A stretch of DNA of 64,000 nt, from the NCBI GenBank assembly GCA_964016885.1, contig OZ024742.1, positions 371,628,001-371,692,000 of the forward strand, in the 5' to 3' direction. Of the stretch, positions 12,613 through 27,765 are shown in pieces. Source of the stretch: Eledone cirrhosa. Lineage: Eukaryota. Below the pieces are notes generated by a model that was not told where the DNA came from, did not search any database, and worked only from the letters and a program-made list of their open reading frames with translations. Each line of letters opens with the position of its first letter. The first letter of the stretch is position 1. Made by a program: the position numbers and the translations under genes.

Positions 12613-13013
12613 CATCATCATCATCATCATCGTTTAACATCCGTGTTCCATGCTTGCATGGGTTTGGACGGGAGTTTTCCCACTTGAGGCAAGAGTGGTT
12701 GTCTTGCTCGCATAGGACTGTCTGGCGGGTTTTCTACAGTTGGATGCCCTTCCTAACACCAACCACATTTACAGTGTGGGGCTGGGAGGTTGTTACCGTG
12801 TTGCCTACACGGCCACATTACAGCGTGGACTGTCTGGTGGGTTTTCTACAGCTGGATGCCCTTCCTAACACCAACCACATTTACAGTGAGGGACTGGGAG
12901 GTTTTTACTGTGTTGCCTACACGGTCACATTACAGCGTGGACTGTGTGTATTTTTGTCGTGACACCTACACGATCTCATTTGTTTCGGCCTGGATTTTGT
13001 GGCACCAACATAA
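12613..13013 (-). mobile_element. 400-bp RTE 3'UTR-only fragment with internal 112-bp duplication
   Basis: (CAT)n tail plus a 3'UTR homologous to 114-405. Confidence 0.9.
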
Positions 13014-15438
13014 ATAATAAATACAATTAACTATTGCTAGGAACATATAAACATATATAATAAATACAATTAATTATTGTTAAGAACAAATAAACATATA
13101 TAATAAATACAATTAATTATTGCTAGGAACATATAAACATATAATAAATACAATTAATTATTGCTAGGAACATATAAACATATATAATAAATACAATTAA
13201 TTATTGCTAGGAACATATAAACATATAATAAATACAATTAATTATTGTTAGGAACATATAAACATATATAATAAATACAATTAATTATTGCTAGGAACAT
13301 ATAAACATATATAATAAATACAATTAATTATTGCTAGGAACAAATAAACATACATAATGAATACAATTAATTATTGCTAGGAACATATAAACATATATAA
13401 TAAATACAATTAATTATTGTTAGGAACATATAAACATATATAATAAATACAATTAATTATTGCTAGGAACAAATAAACATATATAATAAATACAATTAAT
13501 TATTGCTAGGAACATATAAACATATATAATAAATACAATTAATTATTGCTAGGAACATATAAACACATATAATAAATACAATTAATTATTGCTAGGAACA
13601 TATAAACATATATAATAAATACAATTAATTATTGCTAGGAACAAATAAACATATATAATGAATACAATTAACTATTGCTAGGAACATATAAACATATAAT
13701 AAATACAATTAATTATGGCTAGGAACATATAAACATATACGATAAATACAATTAATTATTGCTAGGAACATATAAACATATATAATAAATACAATTAATT
13801 ATTGCTAGGAACATATAAACATATATAATAAATACAATTAATTATTGTTAGGAACATATAAACATATATAATAGATACAATTAACTATTGCTAGGAACAT
13901 ATAAACATATATAATAAATACAATTAACTACTGCTAGGAACAAATAAACATATATAATAAATACAATTAATTATTGCTAGGAACATATAAACATATAATA
14001 TATACAGTTAATTATTGCTAGGAACATATAAACATATAATAAATACAGTTAATTATTGCTAGGAACATATAAACATATATAATAAATACAATTAATTATT
14101 GTTAGGAACATATAATAAATACAATTAATTATTGTTATGAACATATAAACATATATAATAAATACAATTAATTATTGCTAGGAACATATAAACATATATA
14201 ATAAATACAATTAATTATTGCTAGGAACAAATAAACATACATAATGAATACAATTAATTATTGCTAGGAACATATAAACATATATAATAAATACAATTAA
14301 TTATTGTTAGGAACATATAAACATATATAATAAATACAATTAATTATTGCTAGGAACATATAAATATATATAATAAATACAATTAATTATTGCTAGGAAC
14401 ATATAAACATATAATAAATACAATTAATAATTGTTATGAACAAATAAACATATATAATAAATACAATTAATTATTGCTAGGAACATATAAACATAAATAA
14501 TAAATACAATTAACTATTGCTAGGAACATATACACATATATAATAAATACAATTAATTATTGCTAGGAACATATAAACATATATAATAAATACAATTAAT
14601 TATTGCTAGGAACATATAAACATATAATAAATACAATTAATTATTGTTAGGAACATAGAAACATATATAATAAATACAATTAATTATTGCTAGGAACATA
14701 TAAACATATAATAAATACAATTAATTATTGCTAGGAACATATAAACATATATAATAAATACAATTAATTATTGCTAGGAACATATAAACATATAATAAAT
14801 ACAATTAATTATTGTTAGGAACATATAAACATATATAGTAAATACAATTAATTATTGCTCGGAACATATAAACATATATAATAAATACAATTAATTATTG
14901 TTAGGAACATATAAACATATATAATAAATACAATTAATTATTGCTAGGAACATATAAACATATAATAAATACAATTAATTATTGCTAGGAACATATAAAC
15001 ATATATAATAAATACAATTAATTATTGCTAGGAACATATAAACATATAATAAATACAATTCATTATTGTTAGGAACATATAAACATATATAGTAAATACA
15101 ATTAATTATTGCTAGGAACATATAAACATATATAATAAATACAATTAATTATTCCTAGGAACATATAAACATATATAATAAATACAATTAATTATTGTTA
15201 GGAACATATAAACATAATAAATACAAATAATTATTGCTAGGAAAATATAAACATATATAATAAATACAAGTAATTATTGCTAGGAACATATAAACATATA
15301 TAATAAATACAATTAATTATTGCTAGGAACATATAAACATATATAATAAATACAATTAATTATTGCTAGGAACATATAAACATATATAATAAATACAATT
15401 ATTTATTGCCAGGAACATATAAACATATAAACATATAT

Positions 15439-15839
15439 CATCATCATCATCATCATCGTTTGACATCCGTGTTCCATGCTTGCATGGGTTTGGACGGGAG
15501 TTTTCCCACTTGAGGCAAGAGTGGTTGTCTTGCTCGCATAGGACTGTCTGGCGGGTTTTCTACAGTTGGATGCCCTTCCTAACACCAACCACATTTACAG
15601 TGTGGGGCTGGGAGGTTGTTACCGTGTTGCCTACACGGCCACATTACAGCGTGGACTGTCTGGTGGGTTTTCTACAGCTGGATGCCCTTCCTAACACCAA
15701 CCACATTTACAGTGAGGGACTGGGAGGTTTTTACTGTGTTGCCTACACGGTCACATTACAGCGTGGACTGTGTGTATTTTTGTCGTGACACCTACACGAT
15801 CTCATTTGTTTCGGCCTGGATTTTGTGGCACCAACATAA
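15439..15839 (-). mobile_element. 400-bp RTE 3'UTR fragment (duplicate, offset 2826)
   Basis: Near-identical to 12613-13013, including flanking satellite variants. Confidence 0.9.
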
Positions 15840-18543
15840 ATAATAAATACAATTAACTATTGCTAGGAACATATAAACATATATAATAAATACAATTAAT
15901 TATTGTTAAGAACAAATAAACATATATAATAAATACAATTAATTATTGCTAGGAACATATAAACATATATAATAAATACAATTAATTATTGCTAGGAACA
16001 TATAAACATATAATAAATACAATTAATTATTGCTAGGAACATATAAACATATATAATAAATACAATTAATTATTGCTAGGAACATATAAACATATAATAA
16101 ATACAATTAATTATTGTTAGGAACATATAAACATATATAATAAATACAATTAATTATTGCTAGGAACATATAAACATATATAATAAATACAATTAATTAT
16201 TGCTAGGAACAAATAAACATACATAATGAATACAATTAATTATTGCTAGGAACATATAAACATATATAATAAATACAATTAATTATTGTTAGGAACATAT
16301 AAACATATATAATAAATACAATTAATTATTGCTAGGAACAAATAAACATATATAATAAATACAATTAATTATTGCTAGGAACATATAAACATATATAATA
16401 AATACAATTAATTATTGCTAGGAACATATAAACACATATAATAAATACAATTAATTATTGCTAGGAACATATAAACATATATAATAAATACAATTAATTA
16501 TTCCTAGGAACAAATAAACATATATAATGAATACAATTAACTATTGCTAGGAACATATAAACATATAATAAATACAATTAATTATGGCTAGGAACATATA
16601 AACATATACGATAAATACAATTAATTATTGCTAGGAACATATAAACATATATAATAAATACAATTAATTATTGCTAGGAACATATAAACATATATAATAA
16701 ATACAATTAATTATTGTTAGGAACATATAAACATATATAATAAATACAATTAACTATTGCTAGGAACATATAAACATATATAATAAATACAATTAACTAC
16801 TGCTAGGAACAAATAAACATATATAATAAATACAATTAATTATTGCTAGGAACATATAAACATATAATAAATACAGTTAATTATTGCTAGGAACATATAA
16901 ACATATAATAAATACAGTTAATTATTGCTAGGAACATATAAACATATATAATAAATACAATTAATTATTGTTAGGAACATATAATAAATACAATTAATTA
17001 TTGTTATGAACATATAAACATATATAATAAATACAATTAATTATTGCTAGGAACATATAAACATATATAATAAATACAATTAACTATTTCTAGGAACATA
17101 TAATAAATATAATTAACTACTGCCAGGAACAAATAAACTTATATAATAAATACAATTAATTATTGTTAGGAACATATAAACATATAATAAATACAATTAA
17201 TTATTGCTTGGAACATATAAACATATATAATAAATACAATTAATTATTGCTAGGAACATATAAATATATATAATAAATACAATTAACTATTGCCAGGAAC
17301 AAATAAACATATAGAATAAATACAATTAATTATTGCTAGGAACATATAAATATATAATAAATACAATTAATTATTGCTAGGAACATATAAACATATAATA
17401 AATACAATTAATAATTGTTAGGAACAAATAAACATATATAATAAATACAATTAATTATTGCTAGGAACATATAAACATATATAATAAATACAATTAATTA
17501 TTGTTATGAACATATAATAAATACAATTAATTATTGTTAGGAACATATAAACACATATAATAAATACAATTAATTATTGTTAGGAACATATAAACATATA
17601 ATAAATACAATTAATTATTGCTAGGAACATATAAATATATAATAAATACAATTAATTATTGCTAGGAACACATAAACATATAATAAATACAATTAATTAT
17701 TGCTAGGAACATATAAACATATATAATAAATACAATTAATTATTGTTAGGAACAAATAAACATATATAATAAATACAATTAACTATTGCTACGAACATAT
17801 ACACATATATCATAAATACAATTAATTATTGCTAGGAACAAATAAACATATATAATAAATACAATTAATTATTGCTAGGAACATATAAACATATATAATA
17901 AATACAATTAACTACTGCTAGGAACATATAAACACATATAATAAACACAATTAACTATTGCTAGGAACAAATAAACATATATAATAAATACAATTAATTA
18001 TTGCTAGGAACATATAAACATATATAATAAATACAATTAATTATTGCTAGGAACATATAAACATATATAATAAATACAATTAATTATTGCTAGGAACATA
18101 TAAACATATATAATAAATACAATTAATTATTGCTAGGAACATATAAACATATATAATAAATACAATTAACTATTGCTAGGAACATATAAACATATATAAT
18201 AAATACAATTAATCATTGCTAGGAACCTATAAACATATATAATAAATACAATTAACTATTGCTAGGAACCTATAAACATATATAATAAATACAATTAATT
18301 ATTGCTAGGAACCTATAAACATATATAATAAATACAATTAATTATTGCTAGGAACATATAAACATATATAATAAATACAATTAATTATTGTTAGGAACAT
18401 ATAAACACATATAATAAATACAATTAATTATTGCTAGGAACATATAAACATATATAATAAATACAATTAATTATTGTTAGGAACATATAAACACATATAA
18501 TAAATACAATTAATTATTGCTAGGAACATATAAACATATATAA

Positions 18544-20614
18544 CTAGACATGAAAAATGCGCAAGCTCAAAAGTGCCACAGAATGTTATAATAAACCTTC
18601 AAAAGTGTGGGACTAGAGTTGTTGCTAAAAAATATTGTAATCATTATATATCGTACATTCTGTGGCATCCTTTATAAAAATAGCTTAAACCAACGAAGCC
18701 TTTATTTTTACGCTATTTCACTTAGTTAATTCTTAGAGTGTAACATATAAAAATATGATTTACAACTATAAAATAAATTAATTAATATAATAACAGAGCT
18801 GCGGAGCTGAAATTTAGGAAATAATGGAGTATCGGATCCTGAGTTGGAGCCAGTCAATTTTTGGCCGACTCCGCAGCCCTGTATAATACATTTCATATTA
18901 AAGTTATTAATAAACCTATTTTACACTTCATGCAAATTACCACGAGATATTGATATTAGATATAAGATACAGCGCAATATCTACAGCTGTAAAAGTACGA
19001 AAGCGAAGTAATAATAAGTGGCTTAAGGTAATTCCAATATGAAAGTTTGTAGTGATAAAAATTTGATAATGCAATACGATTGTTAATATTATAGTTCTAT
19101 GAAAATGTAACAATAGATAACTAAATTATTTTACTATTAGTATATTTAAGAAATTATCATTATAGATTTGATCGTTCATATAAGCATCATATTAAGTTTC
19201 AACACAATTATTTTGTTACTATGAGTATATGATAATAATATTACGTAATTATTTATAGCTGTTATTACATTAAACATAGATGTATTTATTTTTATATGTT
19301 ACACTCTAAGAATTAACTAAGTGAAATAGCGTAAAAATAAAGGCTTCGTTGGTTTAAGCTATTTTTATAAAGGATGCCACAGAATGTACGATATATAATG
19401 ATTACAATATTTTTTAGCAACAACTCTAGTCCCACACTTTTGAAGGTTTATTATAACATTCTGTGGCACTTTTGAGCTTGCGCATTTTTCATGTCTAGTT
19501 TAATATTTTTTTAAGGCAACGCTTGTAATAACTCTAGTTAAACAGGATATATATTAATAATAAATTATCGTTGTAATGTAATTAGATTATGTAATTGTTA
19601 TTATAAATTATCTTATAAATATTAGTGTAAGATGTATAAAAATAAATTTCAGACTTTTAATATAAACAACTACAAAAAACAATCAATATTAAATCAATAT
19701 ATTATACATAATAGAAAACATAAAATATACAATACAAAAACAAAATATTTACATACAATTGCAATTATCAGTGTATATACATTTTCTTTATATTCCCTGA
19801 GCAAATTAATAAGATTTGTTTTTATTGTACATAATTTGATGACTTGTTGGAGTGTATTAAAAGATAGCAACAATTTGTGATTAAATTGTTATCTTAAGCA
19901 ACTCACTTTTTAATAGTTGTTGGCTGAGCGAAATTGTAAAAGCCTATGAGCAAATATAAAAAAAAATACACAAACAACATTTCCTTGTGTTATTACAACA
20001 TTAGATAAAATAATTGAGCAATGTCGTTATATTTTGCTCTTATTGCACATTAATAGTGTTTCTATTTTTCGGCACAAATCCATTACGGCAGTCCATTACT
20101 GGTACTTTATTTTATCGAATTAGTAAGTATGAAAGTCGAAGTTAACCTCGGCAGGATTTGAACTTAGAATGCAAAGGACCATAACAATACTGCAAAGCAT
20201 GGTGTCTGACGCTCTACCAATACTTGTGTTGAGCTGGTCATTAATTTATGGTGGTCGTGCGTGGAGTAGAGCAATCGCTAGTTGAAATATTATGAACAAA
20301 ACATTTTTATTTGCCGAAGAACATATTTTCAATACTGTTTGTGAATGTGACGAAGGAAATACATTCTGATATGGAACAGTGTACAAAGTGTGTCTGTGAA
20401 TAACATAATGTTACCTCATGTTGTTGTCAAGACATAATGGATTTCGTATATCCAGTTAGAAGATGAAACCTAGCCATCTCGGATTAGTTATATTTCATGC
20501 CATGTGTAAACGTGTTTGAGGATAGCAAAATATGCGCGTTAATTATAATAATTAGTTAATAATATTACAAAATATACCTAATTAAACTCTTTGCTTGAAA
20601 TTTTATCATTCTTC

Positions 20615-20664
<50 letters not shown>

Positions 20665-22082
20665 GGAGAGAGATTTATCTAGTCCTTCGCTCAAGATTAA
20701 TCTATAAGTTTAGATGTTTGCCTTCGTTTAAGTAAATATTACAGTAAGATTTTTAATATAAACAACTACAAAAAACAATTAATATTAAAACGAAAAAATT
20801 ATCAATGATAAAAGAAGCGGATGCAACTTTTTTTTTTATAAAGTTATATTCCTGTTTCTTTAAAGAACATTTCATTTTTGTTCTATTGTAGGCGAAATAA
20901 TGCAATGGTTTAATAGGGAAGATATAACTTACCAATTATGTCTCTAACCGTGTAACGCTTTTTAAGTAGATAACTACAATTGAAAATACTAAAGAAATGG
21001 AACCAACAATTCAATTTGAAAGTCGTCTACTTATAGTGACAGTGTATTACTGGTACTTTATTTTATCGACCCCGTAACGATGAAAGGCAAATGCTTAAAA
21101 TTTAAATTGCCTTAATTCTATCGTCTGCTGTTTCATTAAAGGGAGATTCTCGTCTGTATTTAATTCTATCGTCTACTGTTCCACTAAACAGATATACCTC
21201 CACTATCGTCTCTATTTATACATTTTAACTTATAACTTATACACATTTGATTTGAAATATTTTATCTAGTCCCCCCTCTCAATATTATGATGATTTCTTT
21301 CGAATGAAACAGTTCTAGTCCTGTAGAAGCCATTTATATATATAATTGAACTGAGTTAAAAATTCACAATATTTATAATTAAATAAGCTCATATATATAT
21401 GTGTGTATTTATCTGTTTATTGTATTATATATAATGTGTGTATATACAGGATGTCCCCCAAAAATATATACACACTTCAACAGCATTCAAATAACTATTG
21501 CCTGTACAGGTAATCAAAGTGTCAATCGAATGTTAGTTTCGTGTTTTAACAGTACAAATTTACAATACACACATAAAACCAGTGTATATACATACATGAG
21601 TGTGTATACACATACATGAATGTGTATATACAATATATATGTATATATATATATATATAGACACATATATTCACGGTGCAACGGTACATTAAAATATAGA
21701 TGCGGGAGAGGGGGGGTGTATATATAGGGGCGCTGGGGATAAAGGAGTGTAAAGCGTGTGTAATTGATATATTGAAGGAGAGGAGCGTGCAGCGATAGAG
21801 TAACAAATATATAGAGAGGGGGAGAGATGGTATTGAAGGGGAGGAGTGCAAAGCGAAAGAGTAAGAGATATAAATAGAGACGGAACAGATAGAGAGAAAC
21901 AGGCGTAAGTAACAGTGGAAGAGATATAGAGAGAGGTACTCTGATTGGTTGAAAATTAGCCAATGACATACGATCACCACCACCACGGCTATCCCCGAAA
22001 AATTTTTAGATAAGCTAGGCATATATGTTAGAACACGAAAAGTGAACATTCTGTTGTTTCACACTTTTCGTGTTCTAACAGA
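18544..22082 (-). mobile_element. 3.5-kb Helitron-like island, copy 2 (IR 18542-19500, MITE 18794-18881, SINE ~20095-20225)
   Basis: Near-identical to 3806-7330 at an offset of 14738-14752. Confidence 0.5.
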
Positions 22083-22209
22083 TAAATACAATTAATTATT
22101 GCTAGGAACATATAAACATATATAATAAATACAATTAATTATTGCTAGGAACAAATAAACATATATAATGAATACAATTAATTATTGCTAGGAACATATA
22201 AACATATAT

Positions 22210-25200
22210 CATCATCATCATCATTACCGTTTTACGTCCGTTCTTCCACGCTAGCATGGGTTAGACGGGTTGTCCTGTTGTGGGCAGTGTCTGGTCGGCT
22301 GACCATGCCTTGCTCATACAGGAACTGATCTGGCTTGATTTCTACAGCTGGATGCCCTTCCTAACACCAACCTCATTTACAGTGAGTGCTGGGTGCTTTT
22401 TCGTGGCGCCTACACGTCCACTTTACAGTGTGGGCTGGGTGCTTTTTTGCCATGGCACCTCCACGACCACCTTGCGGGGGGGGGGGGGGGGCATATTGTT
22501 TATATGCTTCAGCATGTACCCATGGGTGGTCGGGTACCCTGTATTACTGCGTGACGCCAGAAGTCACGGTCGTGTGTCATTGACTTTGAGAGGTGTAGTT
22601 GGGTAAGGTCGGCTTTTATCACCTCATCCCAAGTCATCTTGGGTCTCCCCACTCCGCGGTTTCCATCAACTTCTAGTGCTCTGCACCTTTTTATGCAGCT
22701 GTCATCCTTCATACGCATCACATGTCCATACCAGCGTAACCGCCTCTCCTGCACGCAGCATTTGATTCCTCTTATGCTCAGTCTCTCTCTCAATTCCTTT
22801 ATGCTTTGTCGTTCATGTATATTACTGTTACACATCCATCGGAGCATGCAGGCTTCGTTTCTCTCTAATCTACGTAAGTCTTCCACCTTCAGCGCCCAGG
22901 TCTCACTACCATGCAACATCGCTGTTCGGATACACGCATCATACAGTCTGCCTTTCATTCTGAGGGAGAAGCCTTTTGCAGCTAGCAGTGGTAGTAGTTC
23001 CCTAAACTTCTTCCATCCCGTTCTTACCCTAGTTATTGTACTTTCTGAGCACCCACCTCCGTTGCTAATTCGGTCACCTAGGTAGCAGAAGCTGTCTACT
23101 GTTTCTACAGGGCCCTCCCAGAGATTGGTGGTACTTGTTTCCTGTGGCTGTTTGCTTGCTGTTTCAGCACAGCTGCTGCATGTGAATCCTACATTCTTAA
23201 TTAAGCTTCCTGAGATCCCGCTACATCTCTTGTGTACCCATTGTTTGCATTTGGAGCAGAGAATGGAGTTCCTACCTACACCTTTCCTACATACTGAGCA
23301 AGGCCATTTCCCTGAGGGGATCTGGGTTCTGTTTTCTCGTCTACTTATAAGGACCTTAGTCTTTGTCATGTTGACTTTGAGGCCCTTTCTCTCTAGTCCC
23401 TGCTTCCAGGTTTGGAATTTATTCTCTAGTTCTACCATAGATTCAGCTATGAGTGCGAGGTCATCAGCATACAGGAGTTCCCATGGGCATCCGGTCTTAA
23501 ACTCCTCCGTTATTGCCTGCAGGACTATGATGAACAGGAGAGGGCTAAGAACAGAGCCCTGGTGGACCCCAACCTGTACGCTAAATTCCTCGCTATACTC
23601 ATTGCCAATCCTAACTTTGCTGACTGCTCCCCTATACATGGCTTGTACCGCTTTCACAAGCCATTCATCTACTCCTAGTTTTCTAAGAGCCCACCAGATT
23701 ACTGCACGTGGAACTCTGTCAAAGGCTTTCTCAAGGTCGACAAATGCCAAGTAGAGTGGCTTACTTTTAGCTAGGTACTTTTCCTGTAATTGCCTCACAA
23801 GGAAGAGGGCATCAGTGGTGCCTTTCCCTGGTACAAACCCAAATTGCATCTCGTCTATATTCACCCGGTCCCTAATCAGCTGTGCTATAACTCTTTCTGT
23901 TACTTTCATGACCTGGTCCATCAACTTTATACCTCTATAGTTTCCTCTATCTAGTGCATCGCCTTTACCTTTGTAGCAGTTGACAATGATGCTACTGCAC
24001 CAATCTTTTGGTATGGCCCCCTCTAGTATTACCTGGTTAACGATACGTGTGGTTATAGTGTGACCTACAGACCCAGATGCCTTCAGCATCTCGGCAGCTA
24101 TACCCGATGGACCGGTTGCCTTCCCTATCTTCATATCTCTGATTGCCTTACTTACTACGCTGCCGCTGACTTGTACTGCTGGTCCCTCTATAGGGTCTAC
24201 GTGGGGTAGGGTCTCTTCTTCCCATGCATTCTCCTCATTTAGTAATCTATCATAATGACTCTTCCATGCATCTTTCTTCTCAGCACTTGTGAGGGCAAGC
24301 TCACCTTTATCATTCCGGATACACTTCTCTCCAATGACATCACAACTATCTCTGACACACTGCCTCGCAATCTTGAATACCTCCTGTTTCTGGTCCTCAC
24401 GTTGTAAAACATGCTTGAATTTTCTATTCTCTGCTTCCCTCCTAGCTAAGTATACTTGTCGCCTAGCTTCCCTCTTGGTCTCTATGTAATGTACCCTGCT
24501 CCCCCCGTTCTTCCATTCTTTCCATGCCTGTCTCTTGGCCTTGACTGCTTCATCTACCTTATTGTTCCACCACCAAGTCACTCTCCTCCTGCTTGAGGTC
24601 TTACTCCAGCCACAAACCTCATCCGTCGCCTCTAGTAAGTTATTTTTTAGGAACTCCCAGTTCTCTTCTACGTTAAATGTCTCTATCTGTTCTTCTTTAC
24701 TGTCGTAGGCGTTGAGTAAAATATCTTTAAATCTGTTACTGGTTGAGGGGACTTTCAGCTTCCAGATCTTTCTTCTCCAGGTTGGCCTCTGTTTCAGGGC
24801 TCGTCTAGTTCTGACCGTGAGGTCGCTGACAACTAAGCTATGTTGGGATGTACATTCCTCACTAGGGAAGGCTTTTGTGTTTACGACCGTCCATCTGTCA
24901 CGTCCTCTGATGAGGATAAAATCTAACTGACTAGAGTGCTCCCCTGATCTATAGGTGATCAGGTGGTTGTCGGGTTTTTTAAAGTTTGTGTTACATATCG
25001 ACATGTCATTGGCGTCGCAGAATTCTAGAAGTCTGAATCCTTCCTCATTCCTTGTGCCAACTCCATGGCCTCCATGTACTCTATTGAAGCCGTCGCAGTG
25101 TTTACCTACGTGTCCGTTAAAATCTCCTGCAATGATTAGGAAGTCCTTGTCGTCTGTTAGAGCAGTAGTGTGTATTAGGGACTCGTAAAACCTATCCTTA

Positions 25201-25675
25201 AGTTCGTCTGGCAGCCCCGATTGGGGTGCGTAAGCTGATATTATTGTGGTAATTGTCTTATTCAGGACTAGTCTGAGTTTAATGATTCTTGCATTTACCC
25301 TGTACACTGAGATTACTTTATCTACCCACTTGTCAGCTAATAGTATACCTACACCACCCATCCCATCGTCATTTCCCACCCAGAAAAATTTGTAGCACTG
25401 GCTTTTTCCTACAAGGACTCTAGCAGACCCTCCTCTCCATCTAGTCTCTTGCACACAGCATACATCAACTTCCTTTCGCTCTAGCATTTCTACGATTTCT
25501 CCTGCTCTTCCTTTCATTGAGCCTACATTGATGGTACCAACTCGGAGTTTTGGGCATTTGTCGACACTCGTAGGGGAGGGTCTCTGGGTTGGCGCTTCAC
25601 GTGGGTGCTTGGTAGCTCGCAGATTCATATTTCATCTATTGATTCAGAGTTGCTCGTGTATTCCCAGCTCATAAC
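22210..25675 (-). mobile_element. RTE-clade LINE with complete ORF, copy 2
   Basis: Same junctions as copy 1, so it arose by DNA duplication. Confidence 0.95.
22509..25628 (-). CDS. RTE ORF, 1039 aa (copy 2)
   Basis: Differences I could see from copy 1 are CPKC>CSKC and NIRE>NIHE. Confidence 0.96.
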   Translation of the reverse strand: MNLRATKHPREAPTQRPSPTSVDKCPKLRVGTINVGSMKGRAGEIVEMLERKEVDVCCVQETRWRGGSARVLVGKSQCYKFFWVGNDDGMGGVGILLADKWVDKVISVYRVNARIIKLRLVLNKTITTIISAYAPQSGLPDELKDRFYESLIHTTALTDDKDFLIIAGDFNGHVGKHCDGFNRVHGGHGVGTRNEEGFRLLEFCDANDMSICNTNFKKPDNHLITYRSGEHSSQLDFILIRGRDRWTVVNTKAFPSEECTSQHSLVVSDLTVRTRRALKQRPTWRRKIWKLKVPSTSNRFKDILLNAYDSKEEQIETFNVEENWEFLKNNLLEATDEVCGWSKTSSRRRVTWWWNNKVDEAVKAKRQAWKEWKNGGSRVHYIETKREARRQVYLARREAENRKFKHVLQREDQKQEVFKIARQCVRDSCDVIGEKCIRNDKGELALTSAEKKDAWKSHYDRLLNEENAWEEETLPHVDPIEGPAVQVSGSVVSKAIRDMKIGKATGPSGIAAEMLKASGSVGHTITTRIVNQVILEGAIPKDWCSSIIVNCYKGKGDALDRGNYRGIKLMDQVMKVTERVIAQLIRDRVNIDEMQFGFVPGKGTTDALFLVRQLQEKYLAKSKPLYLAFVDLEKAFDRVPRAVIWWALRKLGVDEWLVKAVQAMYRGAVSKVRIGNEYSEEFSVQVGVHQGSVLSPLLFIIVLQAITEEFKTGCPWELLYADDLALIAESMVELENKFQTWKQGLERKGLKVNMTKTKVLISRRENRTQIPSGKWPCSVCRKGVGRNSILCSKCKQWVHKRCSGISGSLIKNVGFTCSSCAETASKQPQETSTTNLWEGPVETVDSFCYLGDRISNGGGCSESTITRVRTGWKKFRELLPLLAAKGFSLRMKGRLYDACIRTAMLHGSETWALKVEDLRRLERNEACMLRWMCNSNIHERQSIKELRERLSIRGIKCCVQERRLRWYGHVMRMKDDSCIKRCRALEVDGNRGVGRPKMTWDEVIKADLTQLHLSKSMTHDRDFWRHAVIQGTRPPMGTC

Positions 25676-27364
25676 TATAATAAATACAATTAATTATTGT
25701 TAGGAACATATAAACATATATAATAAATACAATTAATTATTGTTAGGAACATATAAACATATATAATAAATACAATTAATTATTGCTAGGAACAAATAAA
25801 CATATATAATAAATACAATTAATTATTGCTAGGAACATATAAACACATATAATAAATACAATTAATTATTGCTAGGAACAAATAAACATATATAATGAAT
25901 ACAATTAACTATTGCTAGGAACATATAAACATATAATAAATACAATTAATTATTGCTAGGAACATATAAACATATACAATAAATACAATTAATTATTGCT
26001 AGGAACATATAAACATATATAATAAATACAATTAATTATTGTTAGGAACATATAAACATAATAAATACAATTAATTACTGCTAGGAACATATAAACATAT
26101 ATAATGAATACAATTAATTATTGCTAGGAACATATAAACATATATAATAAATACAATTAACTACTGCTAGGAACAAATAAACATATATAATAAATACAAT
26201 TAATTATTGCTAGGAACATATAAACATATAATAAATACAGTAAATTATTGCTAGGAACATATAAACATATAATAAATACAGTTAATTATTGCTAGGAACA
26301 TATAAACATATATAATAAATACAATTAATTATTGTTAGGAACATATAATAAATACAATTAATTATTGTTATGAACATATAAACATATATAATAAATACAA
26401 TTAATTATTGCTAGGAACATATAAACATATATAATAAATACAATTAACTATTGCTAGGAACATATAATAAATACAATTAACTACTGCCAGAAACAAATAA
26501 ACTTATATAATAAATACAATTAATTATTGTTAGGAACATATAAACATATAATAAATACAATTAATTATTGCTTGGAACATATAAACATATATAATAAATA
26601 CAATTAATTATTGCTAGGAACATATAAATATATATAATAAATACAATTAATTATTGCTAGGAACATATAAACATATAATAAATACAATTAATAATTGTTA
26701 GGAACAAATAAACATATATAATAAATACAATTAATTATTGCTAGGAACATATAAACATAAATAATAAATACAATTAACTATTGCTAGGAACATATACACA
26801 TATATAATAAATACAATTAATTATTGCTAGGAACATATAAACATATATAATAAATACAATTAATTATTGCTAGGAACATATAAACATATAATAAATACAA
26901 TTAATTATTGTTAGGAACATATAAACATATATAATAAATACAATTAATTATTGCTAGGAACATATAAACATATAATAAATACAATTAATTATTGCTAGGA
27001 ACATATAAACATATATAATAAATACAATTAATTATTGCTAGGAACATATAAACATATAATAAATACAATTAATTATTGTTAGGAACATATAAACATATAT
27101 AGTAAATACAATTAATTATTGCTCGGAACATATAAACATATATAATAAATACAATTAATTATTGTTAGGAACATATAAACATATATAATAAATACAATTA
27201 ATTATTGCTAGGAACATATAAACATATAATAAATACAATTAATTATTGCTAGGAACATATAAACATATATAATAAATACAATTAATTATTGCTAGGAACA
27301 TATAAACATATATAATAAATACAATTATTTATTGCCAGGAACATATAAACATATAAACATATAT

Positions 27365-27765
27365 CATCATCATCATCATCATCGTTTAACATCCGTGTTC
27401 CATGCTTGCATGGGTTTGGACGGGAGTTTTCCCACTTGAGGCAAGAGTGGTTGTCTTGCTCGCATAGGACTGTCTGGCGGGTTTTCTACAGTTGGATGCC
27501 CTTCCTAACACCAACCACATTTACAGTGTGGGGCTGGGAGGTTGTTACCGTGTTGCCTACACGGCCACATTACAGCGTGGACTGTCTGGTGGGTTTTCTA
27601 CAGCTGGATGCCCTTCCTAACACCAACCACATTTACAGTGAGGGACTGGGAGGTTTTTACTGTGTTGCCTACACGGTCACATTACAGCGTGGACTGTGTG
27701 TATTTTTGTCGTGACACCTACACGATCTCATTTGTTTCGGCCTGGATTTTGTGGCACCAACATAA
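27365..27765 (-). mobile_element. 400-bp RTE 3'UTR fragment (third copy)
   Basis: Same sequence and flanks as 12613-13013. Confidence 0.9.

Larger units (their letters stand above)
10922..18543. repeat. 43-bp satellite block (interrupted by two short RTE 3' fragments)
   Basis: Same 43-bp monomer. Confidence 0.97.
18544..27765. repeat. Second copy of a ~14.7-kb tandem segmental duplication (anchored part matches 3806-13013)
   Basis: Island, RTE and 3'UTR fragment recur in the same order; ORF offset is 14754. Confidence 0.95.
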
